DNA from: an uncultured Oscillospiraceae bacterium
Lineage (GTDB): Bacteria; Bacillota; Clostridia; Saccharofermentanales; UBA5734
DNA: 64,000 nt
Reading direction: 5' to 3'
Assembly: GCA_963827665.1 (NCBI GenBank)
Contig: CAWHBQ010000007.1
Location: forward strand, 6,401-70,400
Below the pieces are notes generated by a model that was given only the letters and a program-made list of their open reading frames with translations, did no database searches and had not been told where the DNA came from. Shown one piece after another: positions 1 to 9,285 of the stretch. Position 1 is the first letter of the stretch. Every line of letters starts with the position of its first letter. A program made the translations under genes and the position numbers.

Positions 1-357
1 GGAAACCGCTGGCTCTGTGGTATCGGTTCCCGATCCCTGGTCAGGAAAGATTTCATAACGTTGGGTCGTGATCAGGTTGAATAGATTATCGAAACGATTC
101 ATGGTGTCGGTAACGATCGATTCGGACCGGATGACGACGATTTCGACATCGGCTGCGGCTTTGTTGGCGCGCAGGTCTGTCGCTGCTTTGTCCCGGATGC
201 TGCGCGGTGCTGTGATGTCGTAGGGGCTGCTGTCCCCAACCGCCAGCGGGTATTTTTCCGGGATCGAACCATAATAAATCGCCGCAACAGCGCTGATCAG
301 CAGGGCTGGCATCAGCAGGACGGTGATCGCACGACGGATGGCGAGCGGAATTTTCAT
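1..357 (-). CDS. HD-domain 7TM membrane protein (PgpH/YqfF-like), N-terminal fragment running off the window
   Basis: Not in the ORF track because there is no stop in the window. ATG at 355-357, 7 nt after the phoH stop. Hand translation MKIPLAIRRAITVLLMPALLISAVAAIYYGSIPEKYPLAVGDSSPYDITAPRSIRDKAATDL... stays open to nt 1. phoH-yqfF-ybeY order is usual in Firmicutes. Confidence 0.55.
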   Translation of the reverse strand, partial: MKIPLAIRRAITVLLMPALLISAVAAIYYGSIPEKYPLAVGDSSPYDITAPRSIRDKAATDLRANKAAADVEIVVIRSESIVTDTMNRFDNLFNLITTQRYEIFPDQGSGTDTTEPAVS

Positions 358-364
358 CGGCATC

Positions 365-1321
365 TCAGACTCCCTTCTGCGAATCTCGTTCATAAGCTTT
401 TATGATTCGCTGGACGAGCGCATTGCGGACAACATCGCGCTGGGTCAATTCAACAAAAGCCAGGCCTTCGACACCTTGCAGGATATTCCGGGCTTCCTTG
501 AGGCCTGATTTGCGGTCGCCTGGCAAATCAATCTGGGTGATATCGCCTGTGATCACGGCCCGGGAGTTGAAACCCAGACGAGTCAAAAACATTTTCATCT
601 GTTCCGGTGTGGTGTTTTGGGCTTCATCCAGGATGATGAAGGCTTCGTCGAGTGTTCGTCCGCGCATATAGGCCAAGGGCGACACTTCAATCAGGCCTTT
701 TTCAAGGTTTTTCAGGTATTGTTCGGCTCCCATCAGCTCCTGGAGTGCATCATAGAGCGGGCGCATATAGGGATCGACTTTGTTTTGCAGATCACCTGGC
801 AGGAAACCGAGCTTCTCGCCAGCTTCCACGGCCGGCCGGGTCAGGATGATCCGGGAAACTTCGTGGGAACGAAAGGCATTGACAGCCATCGCAACCGCCA
901 GGAAAGTCTTGCCGGTGCCAGCTGGTCCGATGGCAAACGTGATCTCATGTTTCAGGATGGCCTGGACATATTGGCGCTGTCCATAGGTTTTGCTCTTGAT
1001 CGGACGGCCCTTGGCGGTCACAGCGACAGAGTCTGGCGCATAGTTGGCCACCTGGTCCAGGTTACCGTCACGGGCTGTATCACTCAGATAAGTCACAAGC
1101 TGGAGATTGATCGGATGGCCCTGGCGGTCGATCTCGATCAAACGTTCGCAAACGGTGACGGCTTTCTCCAGGTCGTGGCCGTCGCCGATGATGATAATGC
1201 CGCCGAGGATCAGGTCAATCCGGACGCCAAGCATTTTTTCGATTGTTTCCAAGTGGACATTGAAACTGCCGGCGATATTCTGCGCAGATTCAGGTTTTTC
1301 GATCATGATCTGTTTTTCCAT
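365..1321 (-). CDS. phoH: PhoH-family ATPase
   Basis: 318-aa ORF. Walker A GPAGTGKTFLAVAMAV, LTRPAVEAGEKLGFLPGD and IILDEAQN motifs typical of PhoH/YbeZ. Confidence 0.9.
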   Translation of the reverse strand: MEKQIMIEKPESAQNIAGSFNVHLETIEKMLGVRIDLILGGIIIIGDGHDLEKAVTVCERLIEIDRQGHPINLQLVTYLSDTARDGNLDQVANYAPDSVAVTAKGRPIKSKTYGQRQYVQAILKHEITFAIGPAGTGKTFLAVAMAVNAFRSHEVSRIILTRPAVEAGEKLGFLPGDLQNKVDPYMRPLYDALQELMGAEQYLKNLEKGLIEVSPLAYMRGRTLDEAFIILDEAQNTTPEQMKMFLTRLGFNSRAVITGDITQIDLPGDRKSGLKEARNILQGVEGLAFVELTQRDVVRNALVQRIIKAYERDSQKGV

Positions 1322-1351
1322 GTTACTGCCGCCTCTGCATCTGGTGACGCA

Positions 1352-2074
1352 CTAATTTCCCGTCGGTTTTGGAGTCAACAGGTCGATTTTGAAGGCCATG
1401 CTATCCTCGCTCAGGGCTGGAATCGTAAGCTCTTTCACGGCTTGGAACTGGATCGCATACTGGTCATTGCGTAACGTCGCATCAGACAGGACTGATTTCT
1501 TCAGCGTTTCCAGATAGGACAGGATATAAGCCTCCTTGGCCGGATCCGTAATCGCCTTGATCACAAATTTGTCCTGGCGATTATAACCCTTGCCATTGAT
1601 GATGATCGATGAAGCTGTGGCGCGGATTTCCGAAGTCGCAACCAATCTTTCATCGTTGACGGCCAGGGCCTGGGCACCGAGGGCGCGCAGATCATTGACA
1701 AATGTCCTTATCACACTGTCCCGGATCAGGCTCTCGGGCGAGCAACTGATTTCAATTGTCACACCATAGTTTTTGACTTCCCTGAGGCCTGCGAAAATAG
1801 CAATGCGCTCTTTTTCATTGATGATTGATTCAATATAGGCATTGCCCTCGGCGTAGTTGTTTTCCAGTTGCGAAATATATTGGTAAAGCTCCGCATTGCG
1901 GGTGTTCAAGTCCGCATTCTTATTCGCGTAGTCAATCAGCTTGTATTGCAGTTCTTCCAGCTTGTTCTCGGTCACATTGTCTTCGTTGACATTTTTCATC
2001 TGCAGTGAAATCAATATACCCAGGACGATACAGATGATCGTCATCGCGATGGCTTGGATCACTTTCGGTTTCAT
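1352..2074 (-). CDS. DUF881 (YlxW/YlxX-like) membrane-anchored protein
   Basis: 240 aa with an N-terminal TM helix, a coiled-coil stretch, then GVTIEI...NDLRALGAQALAVNDERL, which is DUF881-like. ATGA overlap with the upstream paralogue. Confidence 0.75.
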   Translation of the reverse strand: MKPKVIQAIAMTIICIVLGILISLQMKNVNEDNVTENKLEELQYKLIDYANKNADLNTRNAELYQYISQLENNYAEGNAYIESIINEKERIAIFAGLREVKNYGVTIEISCSPESLIRDSVIRTFVNDLRALGAQALAVNDERLVATSEIRATASSIIINGKGYNRQDKFVIKAITDPAKEAYILSYLETLKKSVLSDATLRNDQYAIQFQAVKELTIPALSEDSMAFKIDLLTPKPTGN

Positions 2075-2838
2075 GCGGCGGGGACCTCCAGTCGGTCGAT
2101 ATATTTACCAAGATCATCGGCCTCGGCAAAAGCCGGACAGGTCAGCTCGCCCTGCTGGTCAACCTGTACGATCAGTCCAATTTCCGGGGTTTGGCGGAGG
2201 CTGAGCATCGGATCTTTCCGGATTGCATCCGCCATCTGCTGAGGATCGCCAATCGCCCGGATCACATAGGGGGGTGTCAATCGCTGCATATTGCACAGGA
2301 TCGTCGGGCCGATACAGAAAACATATGAAGCGTTGACGATGCGCTGGTCATTGACACTGAGCGCTGCAGCGCCACTGGCCCGCAACAGGTCGAGGACATG
2401 GCGGACATCGCTGTCATGGACCAGTGCGTCAGCAGAATCGCGCACCACATCAAAACCTGGCTTATCGTTCAAGGTTACCTCAACCCCCGGTCCGGTGACA
2501 ACCGTTAATCCGGCCAGAGCCTTGACCCGGTTGAGTTCGTCGAGCAGGTTGGAATATCCTTGCTGATTCAGCATCTGCGTGATTGCCTCTTCCTTGGCTT
2601 TCAACAACCGTTCATTTTCGGCGACGAGGCTGTCGTTTTTGGCGATTGCTTGTTCGAGTTCGCTCTGCCGGCTCTTGTACAGACCAGAAAGGTCGCTGCT
2701 GTCACGATTCAGGTTGACTTGTGTGATATGGTTGGTCACGATGACACCAAACAGGAACAGCAAAATGAACAGGAAAATATTCTGGCGCATCTGATGCTGT
2801 CTTGGTTTACTCGTTTGCTGATTTGACACTGCGTTCAT
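2071..2838 (-). CDS. DUF881 (YlxW/YlxX-like) membrane-anchored protein, second paralogue
   Basis: Same architecture (TM, coiled coil, GPGVEVTL...LRASGAAALSVNDQRI). ATG at 2836-2838 overlaps the rluD TGA. The ORF-track start at 2844 is a GTG. Confidence 0.7.
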   Translation of the reverse strand: MNAVSNQQTSKPRQHQMRQNIFLFILLFLFGVIVTNHITQVNLNRDSSDLSGLYKSRQSELEQAIAKNDSLVAENERLLKAKEEAITQMLNQQGYSNLLDELNRVKALAGLTVVTGPGVEVTLNDKPGFDVVRDSADALVHDSDVRHVLDLLRASGAAALSVNDQRIVNASYVFCIGPTILCNMQRLTPPYVIRAIGDPQQMADAIRKDPMLSLRQTPEIGLIVQVDQQGELTCPAFAEADDLGKYIDRLEVPAA

Positions 2839-3737
2839 TTGCACAGCGCAAGCACATGCTTGAAATAGTCGGGCAGTGGACTTTCGATGATCATCGGTTC
2901 GCCAGTGACCGGGTGGGTAAATGATAGCCGCGAGGCATGGAGGACTTGCCCGGATTGTCCGAAAGCTGGCCGATTCCCGGCATAGACTGGGTCACCGACA
3001 ATCGGATGGCCGATGTATTGGCAATGAACCCGGATTTGATGGGTTCTGCCAGTCTCCAGATCGATTTCGAGATGGGACGTCTTTTCAAACCGCTCGAGAA
3101 CCTTGAAATGCGTGACGGCGCGCTTGCCATCGGCAACAATCGCCATCCGCTGGCGATTCTTGGGATCGCGGCCGATTGGTGCGTCAATGGTCCCCTCATC
3201 CGTGGCAACTCGGCCATGGACAATCGCCTGGTAGGTCCGGCGAACTTCATGGTGGCGGATTTTTTCGGCAATTTCACGGTGGACTGTATTGTCTTTGACC
3301 ACCAGCAAAAGACCGGAAGTATCTTTATCAATCCGGTGGACAATGCCTGGACGACGGACTCCATTCAAGTCAGATAGCGAATCACGGCAGTAATCGAGCA
3401 ACGCATTGACCAGCGTACCACCGGCATGGCCTGGCGCTGGATGGACAACCATACCCTGCGGTTTGTCGATCACCAGCAACCAGTCATCCTCATAGCGGAT
3501 GACCAGCGGAATCGCCTCCGGTTCAATCGATGAATCAACAGGATCTGGCAAGTCAACCTCGATCGCCTGGCCTAACTTTGTCTTTTGTGATGCTTTGGCT
3601 GCTTTGCCATCCACGCGGACCTGGCGGTCATCGATAAGCTGGCGCAGGAAAGCTCGCGAATGGGTCGCGATCTGGCTGGCCAGGTACGAATCAAGTCGAA
3701 CGTCTTGCTGATCACACGATATGTGTATTGTATTCAT
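2835..3737 (-). CDS. rluD: 23S rRNA pseudouridine synthase, RluD family (S4 domain plus catalytic domain)
   Basis: RLDSYLA...S4-like N-terminus and HRIDKDTSGLLLVVK catalytic Asp motif. Start moved to the internal ATG (MNTIHIS...). Confidence 0.85.
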   Translation of the reverse strand: MNTIHISCDQQDVRLDSYLASQIATHSRAFLRQLIDDRQVRVDGKAAKASQKTKLGQAIEVDLPDPVDSSIEPEAIPLVIRYEDDWLLVIDKPQGMVVHPAPGHAGGTLVNALLDYCRDSLSDLNGVRRPGIVHRIDKDTSGLLLVVKDNTVHREIAEKIRHHEVRRTYQAIVHGRVATDEGTIDAPIGRDPKNRQRMAIVADGKRAVTHFKVLERFEKTSHLEIDLETGRTHQIRVHCQYIGHPIVGDPVYAGNRPAFGQSGQVLHASRLSFTHPVTGEPMIIESPLPDYFKHVLALCK

Positions 3738-3792
3738 GTTTGAGATATCCTCTCGGGATGAGTGGATCTGTCCGGACTTGCCATGATCTGTT

Positions 3793-4275
3793 TCAATTGA
3801 CCTGTTTGACAGGTTTGATCTGATCCGGGTCGCGCAGGACATACCAGCTGAGCAGGATTGTGCCTATCACCAGGCACATATCCGCCACATTGAAGGTCGG
3901 AAAAATGTAAGAGCCAAAATGAAAATCCAGGAAGTCAGTCACACTGCCGAATCGGACGCGGTCGATCAGGTTGCCGACTGCACCGGCTGTCATCAAAGCC
4001 AAGGTTGCTTTGTATCGGGCTTTTTTCAGCCGCAATGTCAAAATCAGCAAAACCAGTGAAGCGACTCCCGACAATACTGAAAGCACGATGATGCCCCAGG
4101 ATGCTTCAGCCAGGAAGCTCCAGGCAGCGCCCGTATTGCGGCGATGGACAATGTAGAAGAAATTCTCGATGATTGTGATTGAAGCGGGTCCTGACAGCGT
4201 ATTCATGACCAGCTGCTTCAGGAGCTGGTCAGCACCGACCAGCAAAATTATGATGATAATCCAGACCATATCCAT
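3793..4275 (-). CDS. lspA: Lipoprotein signal peptidase II
   Basis: 160 aa with four TM segments. NTGAAWSF and FNVADMCLVIG motifs. Confidence 0.85.
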   Translation of the reverse strand: MDMVWIIIIILLVGADQLLKQLVMNTLSGPASITIIENFFYIVHRRNTGAAWSFLAEASWGIIVLSVLSGVASLVLLILTLRLKKARYKATLALMTAGAVGNLIDRVRFGSVTDFLDFHFGSYIFPTFNVADMCLVIGTILLSWYVLRDPDQIKPVKQVN

Positions 4276-6071
4276 AAATCCTCAATTCCACGATAAGGTT
4301 GATTCAACGAAGGTAAACATTGTCCTTGCACACGATCGCCATAAGCCACAGCTGACTCTCGCAGCATGATGCCGATATAGGGTGAACGCATGGCTGCATC
4401 CGTCAAGGTTTTCCGGTATTCTGCTGCCAGGGTGGCAGCAGCCTCTGGATCCTCGACCCGGACTGTACCGAGCAATCCAAAAAAAGGCCAACCTATTGCT
4501 AAATCACTTTGATCACCATCATAACCGTTCGGGTGATCAACCGGCAATCCCTTGTCCTGCTGTCCTGTGGCATCCGCGTCGTTTGTGGCAACCGTGCTGC
4601 CTGAGGCAGCGGAGTTGCTGATGGCAACATTACTGCCCGTGGCAACACTGTTGCCTAAGAGTAGCCAGCCAGGTTCCGCCGATGGTGGTATGACAGATTC
4701 GCAGACTGCCAGATCGTAGTTCTGACTGGCCAGGGCTTCCCGGTAAAGATCAGGGGCCAGGTTTTCAGTTTCAGCCGCCTGGCCGGCCTCCGCCAGCCAC
4801 AGTTTGGCCTGTCCGGCAATTTTCACGAGTAATGGTTGATCTGCTGGTGCAATGATACGCAAGCTGCGATTGTTAACCTTGGCAGATAGTATGCCAGCTG
4901 GCTCCTGGTCGGGTGATGTTGCAGGTGTTATTGCCTGGCTATCGACAAGACCTGGCCATAAGGTCTCAAAATCAAGCGGGTGCAGGTTGAAACAGGCATG
5001 GAATGCAGGGATCGGCAGATCGGCAGACTGCCCGGACCATGGCTTTGCCATTGCAAACCAGCGCGCAGAGCGCAACTGGTATTTCAAGCTGGCATAGCGC
5101 TGCGCGGGTTCGGTTGAAGTGCCAAGCCGGTCATTGATGGCCATATAGACATAATGTCTGCCGATGAATCGGTCAAGCCGCAAACTGCTGCGGACATCAT
5201 AGTTGGAAAGGTCGTTTTCTGCCAGAAAAACCAGGTCCAGCTGGTCGTCTTCCAATGCTCGCATCGCTTCGATTGCAGATGCATAGGGTTTGAGCTGTAT
5301 ATGCTGCAAACTGGCATCCTTTTCGCCAGTGTTGCCAGCCCAAGTCAAATTCAGCTCACCAGTCGGTGAAATTTCGGCCATCTGGTAGCGACCTGAACCG
5401 GCGATCAGGCTGCCTGCTGGCAGATTGAGCTGCCCGGCTGGCAGAACGGGGAACGACAGCGCATACAGAAAATCAGGATCAGGGGCACTCAGCTGCAGGA
5501 CAAGCGTGGTGTCGCTCATCAGCCGGCCACTCGAATAGGCTGACAGGTCCGCCGCGTAGGGAGACAGCGAACCGGCCTGCTTGATGAAATCGAGGCAAGC
5601 CAGGACATCTGAAGCCGACAGGCTCCCGCCATTGTGGAAAGTGACACCGGAATTCAGGACTATGGTGAGTTGAAGCCGATCTGCACTGAAACTGTAGTTT
5701 TTGACGAGTACAGGCTGCAGATTCCAGGACGTGTCTCGTTCAAACAGACTCTGGAAAATCAGTGTTTGGGCAGACTGTCCGCTCAGTGACAAGTCGAGCA
5801 GTGGATTCAGGTCCTGATGCAGACTCCACCAGAGTCGCAACGTTCCTGATTCACCCCTGGCCGGTTCCGATTCGAATATAGCCGTCGATACGGTTTCTGT
5901 TTCCGTGGCTGAAGTTATTGCGCCGGTCGTTGATGTCGCACCGGCTGGCTTGCAGCCAAACAGAGGCACGAGGATAAGCAAAGCCATGAAAAACAACAAT
6001 GTCTTTCGCAAGGCAAACCGGCCACGTTGATTGGATATATATTCGATTTTAGAATGCTTACTTCTGATCAA
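4248..6071 (-). CDS. Orphan solute-binding lipoprotein, SBP family 5 (peptide/nickel type)
   Basis: 607 aa. Lipobox LVPLFGC after a basic N-terminus. LVKNYSFSADRLQLTIVLNSGVTFHNGGSLSASDV resembles SBP_bac_5. TTG start with GAGG 6 nt upstream. No permease or ATPase genes nearby. Confidence 0.7.
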   Translation of the reverse strand: MIRSKHSKIEYISNQRGRFALRKTLLFFMALLILVPLFGCKPAGATSTTGAITSATETETVSTAIFESEPARGESGTLRLWWSLHQDLNPLLDLSLSGQSAQTLIFQSLFERDTSWNLQPVLVKNYSFSADRLQLTIVLNSGVTFHNGGSLSASDVLACLDFIKQAGSLSPYAADLSAYSSGRLMSDTTLVLQLSAPDPDFLYALSFPVLPAGQLNLPAGSLIAGSGRYQMAEISPTGELNLTWAGNTGEKDASLQHIQLKPYASAIEAMRALEDDQLDLVFLAENDLSNYDVRSSLRLDRFIGRHYVYMAINDRLGTSTEPAQRYASLKYQLRSARWFAMAKPWSGQSADLPIPAFHACFNLHPLDFETLWPGLVDSQAITPATSPDQEPAGILSAKVNNRSLRIIAPADQPLLVKIAGQAKLWLAEAGQAAETENLAPDLYREALASQNYDLAVCESVIPPSAEPGWLLLGNSVATGSNVAISNSAASGSTVATNDADATGQQDKGLPVDHPNGYDGDQSDLAIGWPFFGLLGTVRVEDPEAAATLAAEYRKTLTDAAMRSPYIGIMLRESAVAYGDRVQGQCLPSLNQPYRGIEDLWIWSGLSS

Positions 6072-6082
6072 GGCTGCCTCAG

Positions 6083-6865
6083 TTATTCTTTGAGTAATAT
6101 GCGTTCAATGCTTGTCGATCGGCCGGTTCTGGCATCGGCAGAAATGACGATGGCAGATAGCTGGCCTTTGCCGTTCGCTGCCTCATAGGGAGCGGGTAAA
6201 TGTCCGACCAGTCGCCTTAAGGACGAAGCCGGATCCATGCCGATGATACCATCGATCGGGCCAGTCATGCCGACATCGGTGATATAGGCAGTACCTCGTT
6301 CCAGAATCCGCTCGTCAGCAGTCTGCACATGGGTATGTGTCCCGACGACCAAGGTTGCACGACCGTCCAGATAATAGCCCATGGCCATTTTTTCGGCAGT
6401 CGCCTCGGCATGGAAGTCGACAATAGCCAACGCAGTATTATACTCTGCTTTGAATTGGCTGAGCAACTGATCCGCTGTCAGGAATGGATCATTCATCGGT
6501 TCCATGAAAATCCGGCCCAGCAGATTGGTCACCAAGACTCTGCCGGCTGGCGATTCGAACAATCGCACACCGACGCCCGGCCAGCTGGCCGGGCCATTGG
6601 CTGGCCTGATCACGTTCTTGAGCGAATCGATCCGATCGACCAGTTCCCGTTTCGACCAGGTATGGTTACCTAAGGTGATCAAATCGACCCCGAGTTCCTG
6701 AAGCTCGTTAGCCAGCCGTGGCGTCAAGCCTAAGCCTGCTGCGGCATTTTCCCCATTGGCAATGCACAAGTCAATCTGATAGCGTTTCTTGAGTGCCGGT
6801 AATTTTTCTTTCAGCATCCGCCGTCCGGTTGAACCGACGACGTCACCGATCATCATAATCTGCAA
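6083..6865 (-). CDS. ymdB: YmdB-type metallophosphoesterase (2',3'-cyclic-nucleotide phosphodiesterase family)
   Basis: MMIGDVVGSTGR..., GNHTWSK and VDFHAEATAEK motifs. The conserved rny-ymdB pair is present. Confidence 0.85.
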   Translation of the reverse strand: MQIMMIGDVVGSTGRRMLKEKLPALKKRYQIDLCIANGENAAAGLGLTPRLANELQELGVDLITLGNHTWSKRELVDRIDSLKNVIRPANGPASWPGVGVRLFESPAGRVLVTNLLGRIFMEPMNDPFLTADQLLSQFKAEYNTALAIVDFHAEATAEKMAMGYYLDGRATLVVGTHTHVQTADERILERGTAYITDVGMTGPIDGIIGMDPASSLRRLVGHLPAPYEAANGKGQLSAIVISADARTGRSTSIERILLKE

Positions 6866-6922
6866 ATTGTGTGTCCCCCAGTCATCCTTACATTATACCG
6901 GATATCTGCAGCCGAATAAATC

Positions 6923-6951
6923 AAAAAAGCGCCCGCGATGGGCGCTTTTTT
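6923..6951. terminator. Bidirectional rho-independent terminator after rny
   Basis: aaaaaaGCGCCCgcgatGGGCGCtttttt: perfect 6-bp GC stem flanked by an A-run and a T-run. Confidence 0.7.
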
Positions 6952-6990
6952 GCTAGTTGCCGGATTGTTTCGAGTGGCCGTTGCTGTAGT

Positions 6991-8568
6991 CTATTTTGCG
7001 AAATCTGTCACTCTGGACTCGCGGATAATATGGACTTTGATCTGACCAGGATAGTCGAGCTCTTCTTCGATCTTTTTACAGATTTCACGAGCTGTCAGGA
7101 TCATTTCGTCATCTTTGACATTATCCGGACTGACCAGGACCCGGATTTCACGGCCGGCCTGGATGGCAAACGATTTCTCGACACCATCGAAGGAATTGGC
7201 GATCTCTTCCAGTTTCTGAATCCGTTTGATATAGTTTTCCAGGTTTTCACGACGAGCACCGGGACGGGCGGCCGATATGGCATCGGCTGCCGCAACCAGG
7301 ACTGAAATCATCGAGTCCGGTTCAACTTCACCGTGATGGGACAGAATGGCGTTGATGACTTCCGGGCCTTCCTTGTACTTCTTGGCGATTTCAGCACCCA
7401 ACGTGATATGGGAACCTTCCATCTCGAAGTCTGCAGCCTTGCCGATATCGTGCAGCAAACCGGCCCTTTTGGCCATCATGACGTCGAGGCCGAGTTCGGC
7501 AGCCATCATGCCGGCCAGCCAGCACACTTCAATGGAGTGCTGCAGGACATTCTGGCCGTAGCTGGTGCGGTAGCGCAACCGGCCAAGCAGTTTGATAATT
7601 TCCGGATGAATGCCGATGATGCCGGTTTCGAACACCGTGCGTTCGCCTTCTGCTTTGATTGTCGCATCGACTTCTTTGCGGGCTTTCTCCACCATTTCCT
7701 CAATCCGGGCCGGATGGATTCGGCCATCAATGATCAATTTCTCGATTGTGATCCGCGCAATTTCGCGGCGAATCGGATCAAAGCTGGAAAGGATGACAGC
7801 TTCAGGCGTGTCGTCGATGATCAGGTCAACACCGGTCATGGTTTCGATCGTCCGGATATTGCGGCCTTCACGACCGATAATCCGGCCTTTCATTTCGTCA
7901 CTCGGCAGAGTGACAACGGAGACTGTTGATTCTGAAACATAGTCCGCTGCATAGCGCTGGATCGAGGTCACGATGATCTCTTTGGCTTTGCGGTCGGCAT
8001 CTTCGCTGGTAGCTTCTTCCATCTGCCGCAGCATGACCGCCATGTCATGACGATACTCCTGACGGGCTTCATCAAGGACGAGGTTTTTGGCGTCTTCAAC
8101 GGTCAGGTTGGAGATTCGTTCCAGTTCGATGATCTTCTGCCGTTCCATCTCGCGGGCCTTTTCTTCCAGGGCCAGGACATCACTGACACGGTTATCCAGT
8201 GCCTCTTCCTTCTGTTCCAGGATTTCGATCTTGCGGTCGAGAGACTCTTCCTTCTGGTCCAGGCGGTTGCGCTCACGCTGCAGTTCCGTTTTCTTCTCAC
8301 GAACATCTTTTTCGAATTCAAGTCGAGTCTTGTGGATTTCTTCTTTTGCTTGCAGTAATAATTCTCTTTTTCGATTTTCACCGGCCTTTTGAGCTTCACC
8401 GAGCAGTTTGGTCGCTTCTGCTTCAGCCTGTTCAGCTGCGGTTTTCAGGGCGACGGATTTTTGGGAAAATCCCTTTCGGTAATACGTAACGGTAGCAGCA
8501 GTGGCCATGACACCGCCGACAACCAGGCCAATGATTAAAAATAGCCAATCTATGGCAATCACCTCCAA
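6991..8568 (-). CDS. rny: Ribonuclease Y
   Basis: 525 aa with an N-terminal TM helix, a long charged coiled coil, KH ([12 protein letters not shown]) and HD (LLHDIGKA) domains. Exact start is uncertain: TTG at 8568 has no clear SD. Confidence 0.9.
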   Translation of the reverse strand: MEVIAIDWLFLIIGLVVGGVMATAATVTYYRKGFSQKSVALKTAAEQAEAEATKLLGEAQKAGENRKRELLLQAKEEIHKTRLEFEKDVREKKTELQRERNRLDQKEESLDRKIEILEQKEEALDNRVSDVLALEEKAREMERQKIIELERISNLTVEDAKNLVLDEARQEYRHDMAVMLRQMEEATSEDADRKAKEIIVTSIQRYAADYVSESTVSVVTLPSDEMKGRIIGREGRNIRTIETMTGVDLIIDDTPEAVILSSFDPIRREIARITIEKLIIDGRIHPARIEEMVEKARKEVDATIKAEGERTVFETGIIGIHPEIIKLLGRLRYRTSYGQNVLQHSIEVCWLAGMMAAELGLDVMMAKRAGLLHDIGKAADFEMEGSHITLGAEIAKKYKEGPEVINAILSHHGEVEPDSMISVLVAAADAISAARPGARRENLENYIKRIQKLEEIANSFDGVEKSFAIQAGREIRVLVSPDNVKDDEMILTAREICKKIEEELDYPGQIKVHIIRESRVTDFAK

Positions 8569-8627
8569 TATTTATTTTTCAAGTTTCAGAATATGGTTGA
8601 CGCAAATGCGATATAAGCATCTGGTTT

Positions 8628-8657
8628 ATTTTATTCAAAACGAACGAATGTTGTCAA
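8628..8657 (-). promoter_or_regulatory. Candidate sigma-A promoter for rny
   Basis: On the minus strand, TTGACA, 18-nt spacer, TAAAAT, about 55 nt upstream of the rny start. Confidence 0.4.
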
Positions 8658-8670
8658 CAAAAAGGGCAGT

Positions 8671-8928
8671 TTATTCGTCAGGTTTGAATTTTTCATGGAT
8701 GTTTTTGTCGAAAATCACGACGGGAGCCTTGCCACAGCGGCCAAGACAGGAGCATGTCCTGATCTTGTACTCTTTTTGGCCGTCTTTTGCCGAGCCATGA
8801 TCGACCATCATTTGTTGAAAATGTTCGAGGATTGCGGAAGCACCTTTGGCTCGGCAGGCTTTACCCATACAGATCTCAATTTTTATCGGCCGCTGTTTGC
8901 TGGGCCTCCCTATCGTGCCAGTTGGCAT
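8671..8928 (-). CDS. Thioredoxin-like [2Fe-2S] ferredoxin
   Basis: 85 aa. ICMGKACRAKGA ... TCSCLGRCGKAPVV is the four-Cys pattern of NuoE/thioredoxin-like 2Fe-2S proteins. Confidence 0.65.
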   Translation of the reverse strand: MPTGTIGRPSKQRPIKIEICMGKACRAKGASAILEHFQQMMVDHGSAKDGQKEYKIRTCSCLGRCGKAPVVIFDKNIHEKFKPDE

Positions 8929-9167
8929 TGATTCGCCCGGCTGCTCTGATTTGCCGCTGAATGATTGTTACCCTCTGATTTGCCAGGAAGCTTCGATTCT
9001 GAAGTTTCCCCTTTGCCAAATCGCACATACAGTGACATCAGCATGGCTGGTGATAATTTTTCGCGGTGGGCCATGGTCAAAATTGCCCTGCCCAGTGCAA
9101 CCTGGTCGGCAGTGTCGGCTTGACAGGCGATTTCCTGGCAGAGAAAACGGATTCGATCAGCTTTCAT
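8910..9167 (-). CDS. Hypothetical small protein
   Basis: Internal ATG of ORF 8910..9296 (MKADRIRFLCQEIACQADTADQVALGRAILTMAHREKL...). Fills an otherwise empty gap and overlaps the ferredoxin start by 19 nt. No recognisable family. Confidence 0.3.
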   Translation of the reverse strand: MKADRIRFLCQEIACQADTADQVALGRAILTMAHREKLSPAMLMSLYVRFGKGETSESKLPGKSEGNNHSAANQSSRANQCQLAR

Positions 9168-9205
9168 GCAAAATCCCTCATCAATGGACGGTGATGGGCC
9201 GCCCT

Positions 9206-9214
9206 TGTTATAAT
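9206..9214 (+). promoter_or_regulatory. Extended -10 promoter element (TGtTATAAT) upstream of the RluA-family gene
   Basis: TGTTATAAT read directly. The -35 is weak. About 70 nt upstream of ATG 9286. Confidence 0.4.
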
Positions 9215-9285
9215 GCTTCTGCTTTGATTCTAGTCCACAAGGACAGGACTTGGAAAGCCTGCTGGCAACGCCGCAAAAGGAATTC

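Noticed and set aside
617-1474. Long plus-strand ORF (285 aa) antisense to phoH. Similar long antisense ORFs occur at 13373..14080, 14141..14890, 19806..20387, 21125..21889, 26667..27320, 34827..35402, 46445..47350, 48112..49011, 51304..52053 and 54428..55171.
   Set aside because: Each lies entirely opposite a gene with clear family motifs. Their translations are low-complexity (rich in R, A, G, D, L) with no recognisable motifs. They are typical shadow ORFs of a codon-biased, moderately GC-rich genome.
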